NCBI GenBank assembly: GCA_051294375.1
Contig: CM119271.1
Coordinates: 3,883,102 to 3,947,101 of the forward strand
Direction: 5' to 3'
Source of the DNA: Paraspadella gotoi
Taxonomy: Eukaryota; Animalia; Chaetognatha
Length of the DNA: 64,000 nt
Of the stretch, positions 12,673 to 28,248 are shown piece by piece (the first letter of the stretch is position 1; each line of letters begins with the position of its first letter). A model generated the notes under the pieces. The model was given only the letters and a program-made list of their open reading frames with translations. It had not been told where the DNA came from and ran no database searches. The position numbers were made by a program, and so were the translations under genes.

Positions 12673-12865
12673 CGATGATGACGATGATGACGATGATGGC
12701 GACGATGACGACGATGACAAAGATGGCGACGATGACAAAGAGGGCGACGATGACGATGATGGCGACGATGACGAAGATGACGATGATGACGATGACTAAG
12801 ACATTGACGATGATGACGATGATGACGATGACGACGATGACGATACGACGATGACGAGGATGATA
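12673..12865. repeat. (GAT/GAC)n low-complexity trinucleotide tract
   Basis: Direct reading. It accounts for the His/Arg- and Ser-rich ORFs. Duplicated at +12164. Confidence 0.9.
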
Positions 12866-12923
12866 ATAGCGAGTCTGTCATTCGTTGCTAAGGCGGCGAG
12901 GGGGAGACTGGATGTCGTTGATT

Positions 12924-12980
12924 GGGGTACAGGGGTACAGGGTACAGGGGTACAGGGGTACAGGGTACAGGGGTACAGGG
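12924..12980. repeat. (GGGGTACA)n short tandem repeat, ~7 units
   Basis: Direct reading. Duplicated at 25088-25144. Confidence 0.9.
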
Positions 12981-13425
12981 CCTGAGGAGCCAAAGAAATG
13001 CATATAAGGCGAAGGGCGAACGCGAAGGAAAGAAGCCGACGATTTTCCGGTCCAAAGGCGAATGATGATCTTTCGAGGCGAAGAAAGAATTGACGAATGA
13101 ACGACGATGACGTCGCGATGAATGAAAGATGAATGAAAGATGAATGAGGAATTCGCGAGGATGAATGATTGCCGATGTGAGTTGGCGAATCGACGAGCGA
13201 CCGAGTTTTGTAATAAATTTTTAATAATATTGTCGTAATAAAGTACGATGAAAGACCACTCAAAAAAATAAAATTTTAGAAGAATTTCATTTATTACAAA
13301 ATACATTAAACAATTAGTATGAGGAACGAGTGAAACGTGAAGATCGGCCTTGCTGAACTTTTGATCGGAGAAAGTTACAATAAATTTTATTACGTAGTAC
13401 AATATATACATAAATATTGGTATTG

Positions 13426-13530
13426 GTGATGGAGTCCTTAAACCACCAAAGCCTGTCCAAAGTCAGGGGCAAGATAGCTTATTTATTAAATGAATGGATA
13501 ATTTTTATATTGGGTTGTACCAATTTCATA
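13426..13530 (+). repeat. Short interspersed repeat sharing its 3' motif with the SINE tail
   Basis: gtgatggagtccttaaaccaccaaagcctgtccaaagtcaggggcaagatagc...tattgggttgtaccaatttcata. Reverse-complement copies lie at 22942-23033, ~35128-35219 and 62809-62889. Confidence 0.7.
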
Positions 13531-14519
13531 TATTATCTGTGACAGTATAAGGACCATTTTTACACACTACAAGCTGCATTATTACTTGCTTTTCTTCCTT
13601 CCCGCATCCATTTTTCTCGCTATTTTTGCTTTATCGGCTTTTGCTTTTCTTCTTTCTCGCCATCCCCTTGCTTAATCAGCTTTGCTTCTCTTTATTCGAA
13701 ACTTCTGACCCAAAACAACGACGCCGTTACGAATCTACGGACGTCATTTCGAATCGACACCCGAAAAAAAAAAAAAAAACTGGCGTCGTCAGAAATCCAT
13801 TCTCATCGTTCACAATTTCGATCGTTTCCCACAAAATCCGTTTTTCACGTCGAACGTTGAACCGAGTGAGAAAAAAGTTTAATCGTCGAAAATTGAAAAC
13901 GTCAGGCGAAACAAAGCGTTTTGAGTCGAGCGCCGACTAGCGGGAGAAACGCTACGCCACCCCCTGGCGGGTAAAAGGCGCTGAAAAGTTTGACGCCGGG
14001 GAAAAACGATTGCCGCCATTTTTCACGCGACGTTGAACGCGGAAAGAATGAGAACGAGGGAGAAAAGATCAACCGACGTGAGAAGGAAACCGATGGCGAC
14101 AAAGACGACGAAAAGAATGAATAAGAAAAAAGAGTAAGTTATAGTAAGTAACATAGTAATAGAAACGAAAGTTAAAAACTACGAAGGAAAATGTAGAAAA
14201 GGAAAAACAGAACAGCAAATAACAAAAGAAACAGATGGTAAGACCTTGACGAAAATGACGCGAAAAAATCGCACAAAACAAACAACAACAACAATAACAA
14301 CAACAACAACAGCATAACGACCAGGCAACAGAAGATGCGTTTTCTAATTTTCCAAAAATTTGTAAATTTGTCAGGTTTATTACGAAACTTATTTATGACT
14401 ATACTTTAAAATATTTATATGAACTAAACTTAACTGCCAGTCACTTAACTGCCAGTAACTGAACTGCCATCAAAATAAAGATTGCTTCTCGTTTTTAAAT
14501 TTAATTTCAAGAAAGAATA

Positions 14520-16085
<1,566 letters not shown>

Positions 16086-16940
16086 TCCAGCGAAATTCAT
16101 ACACTAAAAGTCGAGTTTGGAAGGTCGGAGATTTGAAATTTATGTTTTCGAGTCGAGATTAGATTTTTCGTGTTTGTCGCTTCGCGCGAAAAGACGCATG
16201 CAGTCATGCACGCAAGTTATGACTCGTGATCGCACGCAAAGTCACGTGGGTGCACGTCGTCTCGTGATCGCACGCAAGGCCTTGTATCCGGTATCTCTGA
16301 AACTGAAATAGAAGTCAAGTGATGTTCCAATCAACATTTATTTGTGTATTTTTTTCAGAAATTATGGTGTCCGAGAATTATATAAGCTTGATTTATACAT
16401 ACATGTTTTACTGGAGAGGGGTTATTATTACGCATAGGATTAAAATGATCATAAAATATTTTTTTTAGCTCTAAGAACAACAACTCAAAAAGTCAGGCCG
16501 ACAATTTCTTCCACAATGTTGTTGAATAACAAAATACTAAGGTCTTCTCCATTTCCTCTCTCAGAGAGAAACACGAAACAGTTTTTTGTCTTTGGCACAA
16601 AACGTCGGATCCTTGGAGAAGAAAATAATCGATACACGTGATCCTGGAAATTCAATTTTCTTCACGCGTGAAAAAATGTGGCGGAAAAAAAAAAAAAAGA
16701 TTGGTTCGAGGTGAAATTGCATCTTCGTTCAGGAGGAATCTTTAAATAATTGAGTGAAGAGACATAAAAGGGAGAATATTGGATGTTATGCGAACGGGTG
16801 CGTTCGAATACTGTAATTTGCGGTATTGGTTTTGCATATTGGAGACAGGTTTGCGCATTGCACACTGGGCAGGGGGCATATATTTCCTTACGCGTATCCA
16901 AAAATCGATGGAAATTGGAACCTAAGATGGGCTTGGTCAA

Positions 16941-16983
16941 TGGTCATGAAGTGACAGCTTTACTTCACGAACCACCGTGTCAC

Positions 16984-16986
<3 letters not shown>
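16941..16986 (-). mobile_element. Diverged SINE head fragment
   Basis: Minus strand gttgtgacacggtggttcgtgaagtaaagctgtcacttcatgacca aligns with the head at 22746-22791. Duplicated at 29105-29150. Confidence 0.55.
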
Positions 16987-17022
<36 letters not shown>

Positions 17023-17023
17023 C

Positions 17024-17058
<35 letters not shown>

Positions 17059-17520
17059 TGATCACTCTATTAGTATTTTGCTCCCACCTTCCCAGAATCA
17101 TCAAATCTAAATATCAAAAGCCGAGGATCGAACGAAAGCTTTGGACCCTCAGTTCTAGTGGACTGACTGTGATTCCATTTCAAATTTATAATAATGACCA
17201 AACATTAACAACCAACGGAAACAGAAAGAGTTTCTTATGCAAACCAAAAAAAAATCATGAGAGACCAGAATGAGAATAAAAGTAAACAGTGGAGCTCAAA
17301 TTACGTCATGATTCGTTATGTCTGAAGATCGATTTTTGGGGCAAATCCCGAATATCAAAAGATTCAACACAAACCGTTCCTAAAATTGTAGACCGTAATT
17401 GACATTTGAACACAATAATTTTCATTGTTTGTAAACAATTACGCACACAAAAGTTTAGAGAATCAGGAAGAAGTAAACTTGGCAAAAAAAAATGTTGATG
17501 TTCCGATTTTTTTTAAAAAT

Positions 17521-17854
17521 ACAGAACGGTAATTCAATTTGTTTCGCCGCAGTGACTGCCCTATCTCGTATATTTCTTGTGACATGACATGACATGACAT
17601 GACATGACATGACAATGACAAGTACGTACAACAAGACATATACTGAACTGACAGGATTCCTGAACGCGCGTACAGTCAGTAGATGATTTTTCCAAAAATG
17701 AACACAACTATGGGCAAACAATAAGCGTTTTTCACGTAAGTGGGACAGACCAACGGACAGACATACGACCGACAGACAGACAGAACGACAGACAGAGACA
17801 GAACCAACCAAAAGTGACCTAAAGAGTTGCTCCCAAGTACTCACGGAGCAACTA
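17521..17854 (-). mobile_element. HINE/DINE-1-like element
   Basis: Reverse complement of 9382-9715. Confidence 0.7.
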
Positions 17855-18104
17855 AAAAATTTGTCGTGTTTCCCCAAAGCCATTCTCATCGTTGATGAAC
17901 TCGTGAAGGCAAAAAAGGGATGACATAATGAGAGTTTGGACGAAAAATACCTCAAAAGGGGGATAGGGGAGGGCGGGATAGGGAGGGCGGGATAGGGAAG
18001 GGGGGATATGGGAAAAGCGACGGTGACAAAGACTTTAATGAGGATGAAGATGATAAAACTAACGACGCAAGTTATATGTCGAGGATTGTTTTGACTTTTT
18101 TTTA

Positions 18105-18511
18105 TGAGTTGTGCCGTGAGTACTCTCGGAGCAACTCTATTATGTCACTTTTCAGTCTGTCTGATGGTCAGTCCTTTGGTTAGTCGGTCCGTGGCATGTT
18201 TTGTCTGTCGATCTGTCCCACTTAAGTTTAAAAAAATGCATGCTAATTTGCCTATAGTTGGTTTCTCATTTGTTAAGACAGAAAAAAACCTCAAATGTAA
18301 GAGACTGCTAGAGTCACCTTCAGGAAATCCTAAAACAATAAGGAATAAAAGATGGAGTTTAAATGCAGTGCATGTCCTAAATATATGGGCTAAGAAAGTT
18401 AATAAGTTATTGTAGTCATATATTCATGTTATGTCACGTGATGGTCATGTCACGAGAAATACACGTGATAAGGGAGCACTTCGGCGCAACACATTTGGAA
18501 TTACCGTCTTG
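18105..18511 (+). mobile_element. HINE/DINE-1-like element
   Basis: Reverse complement of 8725-9127. Confidence 0.7.
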
Positions 18512-18565
18512 TTTTTTTTACATTCTTTGTTCTCCTAGTCTTTTGACTTCATTTTCTATTCTCTT

Positions 18566-18610
<45 letters not shown>

Positions 18611-18877
18611 TATCTACTATCTATCTATCTACTTTATCATCTTCTTCTATCATTCTTCTCCCGCCCCTTCTTGCCAAAATACGAGCCGGTTTCCCAAATA
18701 GCAGCCGCCCTCACCAACATAAGCTCGGGCCCAGTCTTCAACTTAATCCACGCGAAAAAAGAAATGGTGTTTTGAAACCTTCTGGAGTTTTAACAGTTTC
18801 TGGTTTCGTCAATATTGATCGCTATAATAAAGGAATAATTCAATAAAGGAATAAAAAAAAATGGTAGAAAGAAATGA

Positions 18878-21861
18878 CACGGTTCCTTTTTACATTCGAT
18901 TTACTCGGCCATGGAGTGCACAAGAATGAGATGTCCCGGGATACGTTTCCGGACCTTTGGGCTACACAAAAAAAGGTAATCAAATTTTTTCCTAATGACA
19001 GTTTTTTTATAAATTAATATTAAAATTAGCTATATAAAATCAATAAAGTAGAATAAAAAAATTTAAAAATGGTTTAAATTTTTTTTAAAAATGAAAATAT
19101 CATGCATCATCCATAATCTATGAACAATTTTCTTTCGTTTGAGTCCATAACCATTATTCTATCTTTAATAGTTTATTTGTAATTATTTTTTTTTTTATTA
19201 AAATATTATTTTAATTTTTTTTCAAATAATTTAAATTAAAAAAAATTATAACTATGCCAAATGATTGAAGAAAAATTTTATATTATAAGGGACTTACCTA
19301 CCTAATATAGGCCTTCAAATACATATATAGTAAGTTCATTATAATGATGTTTTGACATAGAAAATAAATAATTTATAAAATTAAATATATGAAAAAATTT
19401 TAACTTTGAATTTTTTTTTAGCATAATAAACATAATTATTAATTAATTGTTCATGATGCTTTTAATAGCTACTGGTCAGTTGTATCATTCTCAATTATAA
19501 TAATTTTTATAACTTTTTTATTTTTAGTAATACTGACTGCTATATTTACTTACTTTTGACAAAATCCAAAAATTACTGGGTATTAAAAAATTATGTATGA
19601 AACAGACGAAAACTTTTTTTTAAATCACATGCTATTTAATTGTTTGAACTGATATAATATTATCCTTGGACAAAATTTAAAAAGTTTTAAACAATCCCAA
19701 CTAAGACATTTTTAAAGGTTGTCAAATGTATAAATATTTGATATTCGGACTGCTTTGTAGGTTTTAACTTAATTCAGTAGCCTCTTTTAATATGACAGAA
19801 AAGCAGTATATTTAACAGTTTTTTTATTTGGAGTGGGCATCAAAGTTCTAACACATATTAACATCAGTATATTTGTTAAGTATAGTAGATTCCTCTATAG
19901 ATTTTTTAATTTTTGAAAACGTTTTTACTTTTTTTCCTATAATTTTTTGACACGCAAAACGTTTTTTTGAATTTACGCGAAAGAGAATGTAAAAAATTAA
20001 AAATAAATAGTACCAATTAGTTAGATTTATGTCTAGAATAGATGAAAAAAAAACTTGTTTAAAAAATTTGATCGGAAGTGGGGTAACTAAGGCTTACCAA
20101 CGGTATCCTCCATGCTGATCGTTCTCTCCTATAATTTTTTTTAATTTTAATACATTTGAAAGGGAAAAAAAGAAAATTCAGAATTCAGGTGGCATAAAGG
20201 GTAGAGAAAATCTGTACATAGTGACATGATAATAATGACCTTTTATGTCTTGCGTAATGGGGCAGTAAAGAAACCTTAAAAATGGCAATCATTAAGTCAG
20301 TCAATGAACCCTTTTCGCGAATTTTTTTTTCTTAATTAAAATGGATGATAAATAATAGAATTAAATTCCCTTTATAAAGGTTGTTATATTTAAAAGAAAA
20401 TTATCAATACAATTCAACACAATGATGTCTTGGCTTTGTCAAATATGTCAGCAGTTAAGTAATTTTTAAAATTTTATTATGATAAACAAGCAGTATATCA
20501 AGCTTTTTCTTTGCAGTTAAAGATAATGAAAATGATTATTTTTTTTCACAGACAAGAAGGTAGACGTCCAGACTGTTTATATCAAGCTGAAAACATTTTA
20601 TTATTTATCATTTTTTATATTTAAAAAACATTTTATCAAGCTACTACAAATTTTTTGCTTGTTTTTTACTTTAACTGAAAAATACAAAGCAAATTTATAA
20701 AGTAGAGAAAATTTAATGGTAATTAAAATGTAATTCCAGACTTTCCTCTTTTAATTTACAAAAGAAAAACAAAAATTTTATATGCCTTCATTGAAATTTG
20801 TAATGCAAAAAACTGTTATACTTTTAACTCGTATTTAAATAAAAACTGTGTAAAGATTTATGGATAAATTTAACAAAACTGTTCTAAGAAATATGTCCCA
20901 TGATTAGGGCTTTAATTTGATACCACACCCACCTTGCTACTCTTTTTTTTCAAAAGATATTCAAGAAAATAACTTTTTTTTATTACTTTTTTGCATCTTG
21001 CAGTTTTTTTAAAAACAACCTAACTTTTGGCCTTAAAAATGTCTAGTTGGGATTGTTTAAAAACTTTTAAATTTTGTCCAAGGATAAATATTATAATCAG
21101 TTCAAACAATTAATAGCATGTGATTTAAAAAAAAGTTTTTCGTCTGTTTCATACATAATTTTTAATACCAGTTAATTTTTGGATTTTGTCAAAAGTAAGT
21201 AAATATAGCAGTCAGTATTACTAAAAATAAAAAAAGTTATAAAATTATTATAATGAGAATAATACAACTGACCAGTAGCTATTAAAAGCATCATGAACAA
21301 TTAATTAATAATTATGTTTATTATGCTAAAAAAAAATTCAAAGTTAAATTTTTTTCATATATTTAATTTTATAAATTATTTATTTTCTATGTCAAAACAT
21401 CATCATAATAAAACTTACTATATATGTATTTGAAGGCCTATATTAGGTAGGTAAGTCCTTATAATATAAATTTTTCTTCAATCATTTGGCATAGTTATAA
21501 TTTTTTTTAATTTAAATTATTTGAAAAATTAAAATAAATATTTTAATAAAGAAATTAATTACAAATAAACTATTAAAGATAGAATAATGGTTATGGACTC
21601 AAACGAAAGAAAATTGTTCATAGATTATGGATGATGCATGATATTTTTATTTTTAAAAAAATGAAACCATTTTTAAAATTTTTTTTATTCTACTTTATTG
21701 ATTTTATATAGCTAATTTTAATATTAATTTATAAAAAAACTGTCATTAGGAAAAATTTGATTACCCTTTTTTTGTGTAACCCAAGGTCCGGAAACGTATC
21801 CCGGGACATCTTCATTCTTGTGCACTCCATGCCGAGTAAATCGATGTAAAAAGGAACCGTG
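18878..21861. mobile_element. Non-autonomous long-TIR DNA transposon with Chapaev-type (CMC) ends
   Basis: ATGA|CACGGTTCC...GGAACCGTG|ATGA, giving a 4-bp TSD confirmed by the empty site at ~8360. TIRs are ~840 bp (18878-~19718 / ~21031-21861). CAC..GTG termini with a 4-bp TSD are the described Chapaev signature. No long ORF in the 1.3-kb core. Confidence 0.8.
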
Positions 21862-22075
21862 ATGAAGAAATAAGCAGAAATAATACGAAAAAATGAATAA
21901 AATAATAATAATAATAATAATAAAACAAAAAATCCGTCGGAAATAAAGGAACATAAGAGAAAAAAACACCGTCTCGTTCGACGATTGTCAGTCACATCAG
22001 AAATCTGAATGATAATAGAAAGAAAGAAAGGAAAAAAAAAATTGATGGCTGAAGGACGTAAATATCCTTGAGAGA

Positions 22076-22141
<66 letters not shown>

Positions 22142-22469
22142 AGAAAAAAAGAGACAAAATGGCGATTAAGCTTCTAAGACTCGAAGTCGCGAAGAAACCA
22201 GATTTTTCTTCGTATTTTTCAGTTGCGTCAACGAGAGTTCTCGCGGTGCAAGTGACTTTTAGGTCGGTCCCATTGGTCTATCCAACTAACGCTTTAAATG
22301 ATCATGAGTCTGGTAATATTGTATCAATTAAGTTTAAATCTGTAGGTAAGGTAATGTATCATGAGACCTTTTATGTTCATATGTATATACTTGTGCCGTA
22401 ACGAGATGACCTAAAAAAGCGATTACAAGACCAGAAATTTGATGCATCATAATTTATAAAATACTAAAT

Positions 22470-22791
22470 TATTTTAGATAATACTTGATAGATTGATAAG
22501 TCTTTTGTACTTCTATGAAATTAGTACAACCAATTGGTACAACCAATATATAAATATATGTGGAGAAGGCGCTACGTGGGCTGAAGATGACTGTCCGTAA
22601 CTTCTATAACCCCCTCTAACAGCCATGGAACGGGTCCCTGGGCATGGAACCAGGCTTGAGGGTTTGCCATGTCCTCAAGGCGGCTTACGGCTCCTCACGC
22701 TTCCCGCTGGGTAGGTACCGGGTTGGGATCGAACCCGGTACCTAGTGGTCATGAGCTGATGGCTTTACTCAATGAGCCACCGGGTCACAAC
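22470..22791 (-). mobile_element. tRNA-derived SINE with complete head
   Basis: Minus strand gttgtgacccggTGGCTCATTGAGtaaagccatcagctcatgaccactaggtaccGGGTTCGATCCC shows A-box-like and B-box motifs at tRNA spacing, followed by a repeated non-tRNA body. The 3' limit is approximate. Confidence 0.75.
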
Positions 22792-24158
22792 TGAGAGGGT
22801 CATGATTCTAGNNNNNNNNNNNNNNNNNNNNNNNNNGCGGGGTGAACCTAGGCAATGCCCGACTACATATATATCATACTTCCATAATCATATGATCATA
22901 TAAAATAGAGTCACATGTATTTAAGTAAATGTGGAATATTTTATGAAATTGGTAAAACCAATATAAAAATTAATAAATCAGCTATCTCGCCCCTGACTTT
23001 GAACAGGCTTTGGTGGTTTAAGGCCTCCATCACTCTTACAAGATAATGACATAGCAGGTCCCTGCAAGCTTATGCAATATTTGTTTGTTTTAATTGAAAA
23101 TTGGCAGATAAGTGATCAACAATAAATTGTTTATTTGAAATAAATATGTACCACTTATATACTATATAGACATATAATTTCCCAAAAATGAATATAATAA
23201 GAAAATTACTGCGGCATGATACATCGAAATTACTGTTCTTGTTTTTCAAATATTTTTTTTTTAAATCAAACATTTATTTTTAGTCAGAAGATTGTTAAGT
23301 CGGTGTGGGGGGGTTATTTAATTGGTCTGACCTTGGAGTGTTGGGTTGTTGATTAGGAATGGCACTGATACTTTGCTCGTCTGGTTCTGCAGATCTATAC
23401 ATCTTTTGTTGATAGCGATGGGTATTANNNNNNNNNNNNNNNNNNNNNNNNNACGACGGAGATTTGGATTCGAATACGTTTCCTCATTACTAATTTAATT
23501 TGTCATATTTCTCGGGTATAATCCCATTTTTTAGGCTTTTTCCGCATGGCATCCAGGCAGATTCGCGCATTTTATGCGAGAGAATCAAGCTCAATATTGT
23601 CTTTCACATTTCGTCAATTCCATCAAGAAAAAGGAACAAATGAAAATGGCCCCACATATGATTATATATCTTTTCATTCCCCGCGCTTTTTTTATTCTTA
23701 TTGACTTTTATGTTTGTTAATCGGAAATGGTATTGAAGAAACTGTCATTAAAATTTATTTTTGTTTCACTTACTACTAAGCATTCACCGTGCTCGTGAGT
23801 AAAAATATTTTCTCACTCTTTTTACGTAATATTCTTTAAAATTTTATTGATGATTTGTTGTCTTTTTTCAGATTTTGCTACAAAACTTTGTCTGCACTTT
23901 ATTCTACTATTTAAAGCAGAAACAGTATATTTTAGAATTAATTGTTAGAGAGAACAATAGGTTTTGATTTTACAAACGATTTATTGTTAAGAGACAACAT
24001 GTTTCGGCTTGTTGCTTTTCAAGCCTTCATCACTAACACTAAATAGCAACAAAAAAGAAAAGTATTACAAATCAAGAATCAATTTGTATAATTATTTACA
24101 TAATCTAGTCTAGAGAGCGATTCAAAGATACTACCTTGCTTCTCTGCCTTGGACATTT

Positions 24159-24218
<60 letters not shown>

Positions 24219-24481
24219 ACCTATTTTTATTCTTTGCAAATAGAAATAAGTATCGATTAATCGATTGTAGCATTGACTATTGTTGTGGAATTGTTGTTTT
24301 TTATTAACGAACCTTTTTACTGTACCCAAAAGGTCATGCAGTCCGCAGAAAGCGTTCCCGGGCCGTATCCCTAGATCCATCATTCATTCATTCTCTCTCA
24401 CTCTTTCTTTCTCTGCTCTTTTTCAACGTTTATAAATTTTTGCCCAATGCCCTAAATTCCATCTCATAGAATCCAACATAT

Positions 24482-24518
<37 letters not shown>

Positions 24519-26683
24519 TATCATAATTATCATCATTATCACAGCAATATACAATTGTTTTTTTCATTGTCAAATGCATCACTGAGTTTCTTTTTCACTG
24601 TTATCACCTTCGACTCATGCAATTACGATCGGCATTCCCTTTGTAGACACACGAAATGTAAACCATCAAGTTTAGTAACGAAAAGAGTAACTTTATTTCT
24701 CAATAAAAAAAAAAAAAAAAAAAAAGTCAAAAACCCGTTAATCAACTTAATGCGATCGTTCCGTCGAGATCGACACCGGGTCATTCCACGCGATGAAAAT
24801 CGTCGCGCGATGAATAAAAAAAAACGTGATCTGGAACGATGATGACGATGATGACGATGATGGCGACGATGACGACGATGACAAAGATGGCGACGATGAC
24901 AAAGAGGGCGACGATGACGATGATGGCGACGATGACGAAGATGACGATGATGACGATGACTAAGACATTGACGATGATGACGATGATGACGATGACGACG
25001 ATGACGATACGACGATGACGAGGATGATAATAGCGAGTCTGTCATTCGTTGCTAAGGCGGCGAGGGGGAGACTGGATGTCGTTGATTGGGGTACAGGGGT
25101 ACAGGGTACAGGGGTACAGGGGTACAGGGTACAGGGGTACAGGGCCTGAGGAGCCAAAGAAATGCATATAAGGCGAAGGGCGAACGCGAAGGAAAGAAGC
25201 CGACGATTTTCCGGTCCAAAGGCGAATGATGATCTTTCGAGGCGAAGAAAGAATTGACGAATGAACGACGATGACGTCGCGATGAATGAAAGATGAATGA
25301 AAGATGAATGAGGAATTCGCGAGGATGAATGATTGCCGATGTGAGTTGGCGAATCGACGAGCGACCGAGTTTTGTAATAAATTTTTAATAATATTGTCGT
25401 AATAAAGTACGATGAAAGACCACTCAAAAAAATAAAATTTTAGAAGAATTTCATTTATTACAAAATACATTAAACAATTAGTATGAGGAACGAGTGAAAC
25501 GTGAAGATCGGCCTTGCTGAACTTTTGATCGGAGAAAGTTACAATAAATTTTATTACGTAGTACAATATATACATAAATATTGGTATTGGTGATGGAGTC
25601 CTTAAACCACCAAAGCCTGTCCAAAGTCAGGGGCAAGATAGCTTATTTATTAAATGAATGGATAATTTTTATATTGGGTTGTACCAATTTCATATATTAT
25701 CTGTGACAGTATAAGGACCATTTTTACACACTACAAGCTGCATTATTACTTGCTTTTCTTCCTTCCCGCATCCATTTTTCTCGCTATTTTTGCTTTATCG
25801 GCTTTTGCTTTTCTTCTTTCTCGCCATCCCCTTGCTTAATCAGCTTTGCTTCTCTTTATTCGAAACTTCTGACCCAAAACAACGACGCCGTTACGAATCT
25901 ACGGACGTCATTTCGAATCGACACCCGAAAAAAAAAAAAAAAACTGGCGTCGTCAGAAATCCATTCTCATCGTTCACAATTTCGATCGTTTCCCACAAAA
26001 TCCGTTTTTCACGTCGAACGTTGAACCGAGTGAGAAAAAAGTTTAATCGTCGAAAATTGAAAACGTCAGGCGAAACAAAGCGTTTTGAGTCGAGCGCCGA
26101 CTAGCGGGAGAAACGCTACGCCACCCCCTGGCGGGTAAAAGGCGCTGAAAAGTTTGACGCCGGGGAAAAACGATTGCCGCCATTTTTCACGCGACGTTGA
26201 ACGCGGAAAGAATGAGAACGAGGGAGAAAAGATCAACCGACGTGAGAAGGAAACCGATGGCGACAAAGACGACGAAAAGAATGAATAAGAAAAAAGAGTA
26301 AGTTATAGTAAGTAACATAGTAATAGAAACGAAAGTTAAAAACTACGAAGGAAAATGTAGAAAAGGAAAAACAGAACAGCAAATAACAAAAGAAACAGAT
26401 GGTAAGACCTTGACGAAAATGACGCGAAAAAATCGCACAAAACAAACAACAACAACAATAACAACAACAACAACAGCATAACGACCAGGCAACAGAAGAT
26501 GCGTTTTCTAATTTTCCAAAAATTTGTAAATTTGTCAGGTTTATTACGAAACTTATTTATGACTATACTTTAAAATATTTATATGAACTAAACTTAACTG
26601 CCAGTCACTTAACTGCCAGTAACTGAACTGCCATCAAAATAAAGATTGCTTCTCGTTTTTAAATTTAATTTCAAGAAAGAATA

Positions 26684-26785
<102 letters not shown>

Positions 26786-27061
26786 GCAATTGCGACGAAC
26801 GTCAAGTTTCGATATAACGAATGTCAGAGTTTGCGAGGGCATAGATTTAGGATACCGTCCGACCGCCGCAGAAACCGGATCTGCCGCTGCGTTGCGCGTC
26901 GTAACCTTCTTTTCCTTTTTTTTCTTTCCTTCAAATCTGGAAATCAAATCGAAATTTTAATTTTTAATCTTTCGGTGGGGAAAAAGTCTCATTTTTCTTC
27001 GGCTGTGGGAGAGCAAGGGAGGAAATGGAGGAAAGGAAAGAAGGAGAATGGGAGGGGAGAG

Positions 27062-27118
<57 letters not shown>

Positions 27119-27861
27119 GGAGACAACGAACAGCGGATGGAACAACGAAGAAAAATATTTGCGTTGAAAGGAAAAAGGAGAAGGGAGGAAAGGGAGGAAG
27201 AACGGGCGACGACTCGGAGGCAAATATTGGAATCGAAAGGAAAATGAAAATAAGAAAAGAAACTGAGATTGTGGAAAGTGGGGAATGGGAGAGAAAAGAG
27301 AGAGGAAAAAGAGAGGAAAAAGAGAGGAAAAAAGAGAGGAATCATTGAGGAAAAAATAGAAAAAACGAGAGGAGAAAGAGAAAGAAAGGAACAAGAGAGA
27401 GAAAAGAGAGAGGAAAGAGAGAAAAGAAAGAATAAAAAGAGAAAGAGAGAAGAGAAAGAGAAAGAAAAGAGGGAGAAAAAGAGAGGAAAGAAAGAAGAAA
27501 AATAGAAAAAAGAGAGGAAAAGAGAAGAAAGGAACAAGAAAGAAAAAGAGAAGAAAAAAGAGAAAAGAAAGAAGAAAATAGTAGAAAAAGAGAGGAAAGG
27601 GAAAGATAAAGAAAAAATAAAAGGCGAGGAGAAAAAAGTGAGAAAATGGAACGAGCGTGCGACGTATTGTGATGGAAAGAAAAAGATGAAGAATTAATTT
27701 CAGTGAAAAAATGTGAACGTCGTACATAAACTTCTCAACGATCACGTGACAGAAATCACGAAATAAGTCGTGGATCACGAGAAGGATCTTTGTTGAAACC
27801 GGGCGTGAATTAATTAATTCACTCGTGAAATGACCGAAGAACGGATGAAAAATATCGAAAA

Positions 27862-27934
<73 letters not shown>

Positions 27935-28139
27935 GTTTCTCTTGGCCTAAATTCGTATCGGGAAACTGATGCCACGAAATCCGTATGGAAAAGAACGAGG
28001 AGAGATGGAATCTTGCTGGTCACAGATGGAATCATATGGAATCGAAACGGTCGGAGATGAAAACATATAGAACGTAGTAGATAAAACTAAACTCTTTATC
28101 TCTCTCTCTCTCTCTGTCTCTCTCTCTCTCTCTCTTTCT

Positions 28140-28248
<109 letters not shown>

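Noticed and set aside
12459-13411. His/Arg-rich and Ser-rich ORFs
   Set aside because: Produced by the (GAT/GAC)n and (GGGGTACA)n repeats, with no splice or domain support.
19720-21030. Transposase in the core of the long-TIR element
   Set aside because: No ORF of 60 aa or more and no recognisable DDE motifs; a decayed remnant cannot be excluded without blastx.
22715-22791. Functional tRNA gene (CAT-containing loop, A and B boxes)
   Set aside because: No convincing cloverleaf pairing by eye, and it is fused to a repeated non-tRNA body, so it is better explained as a SINE head.
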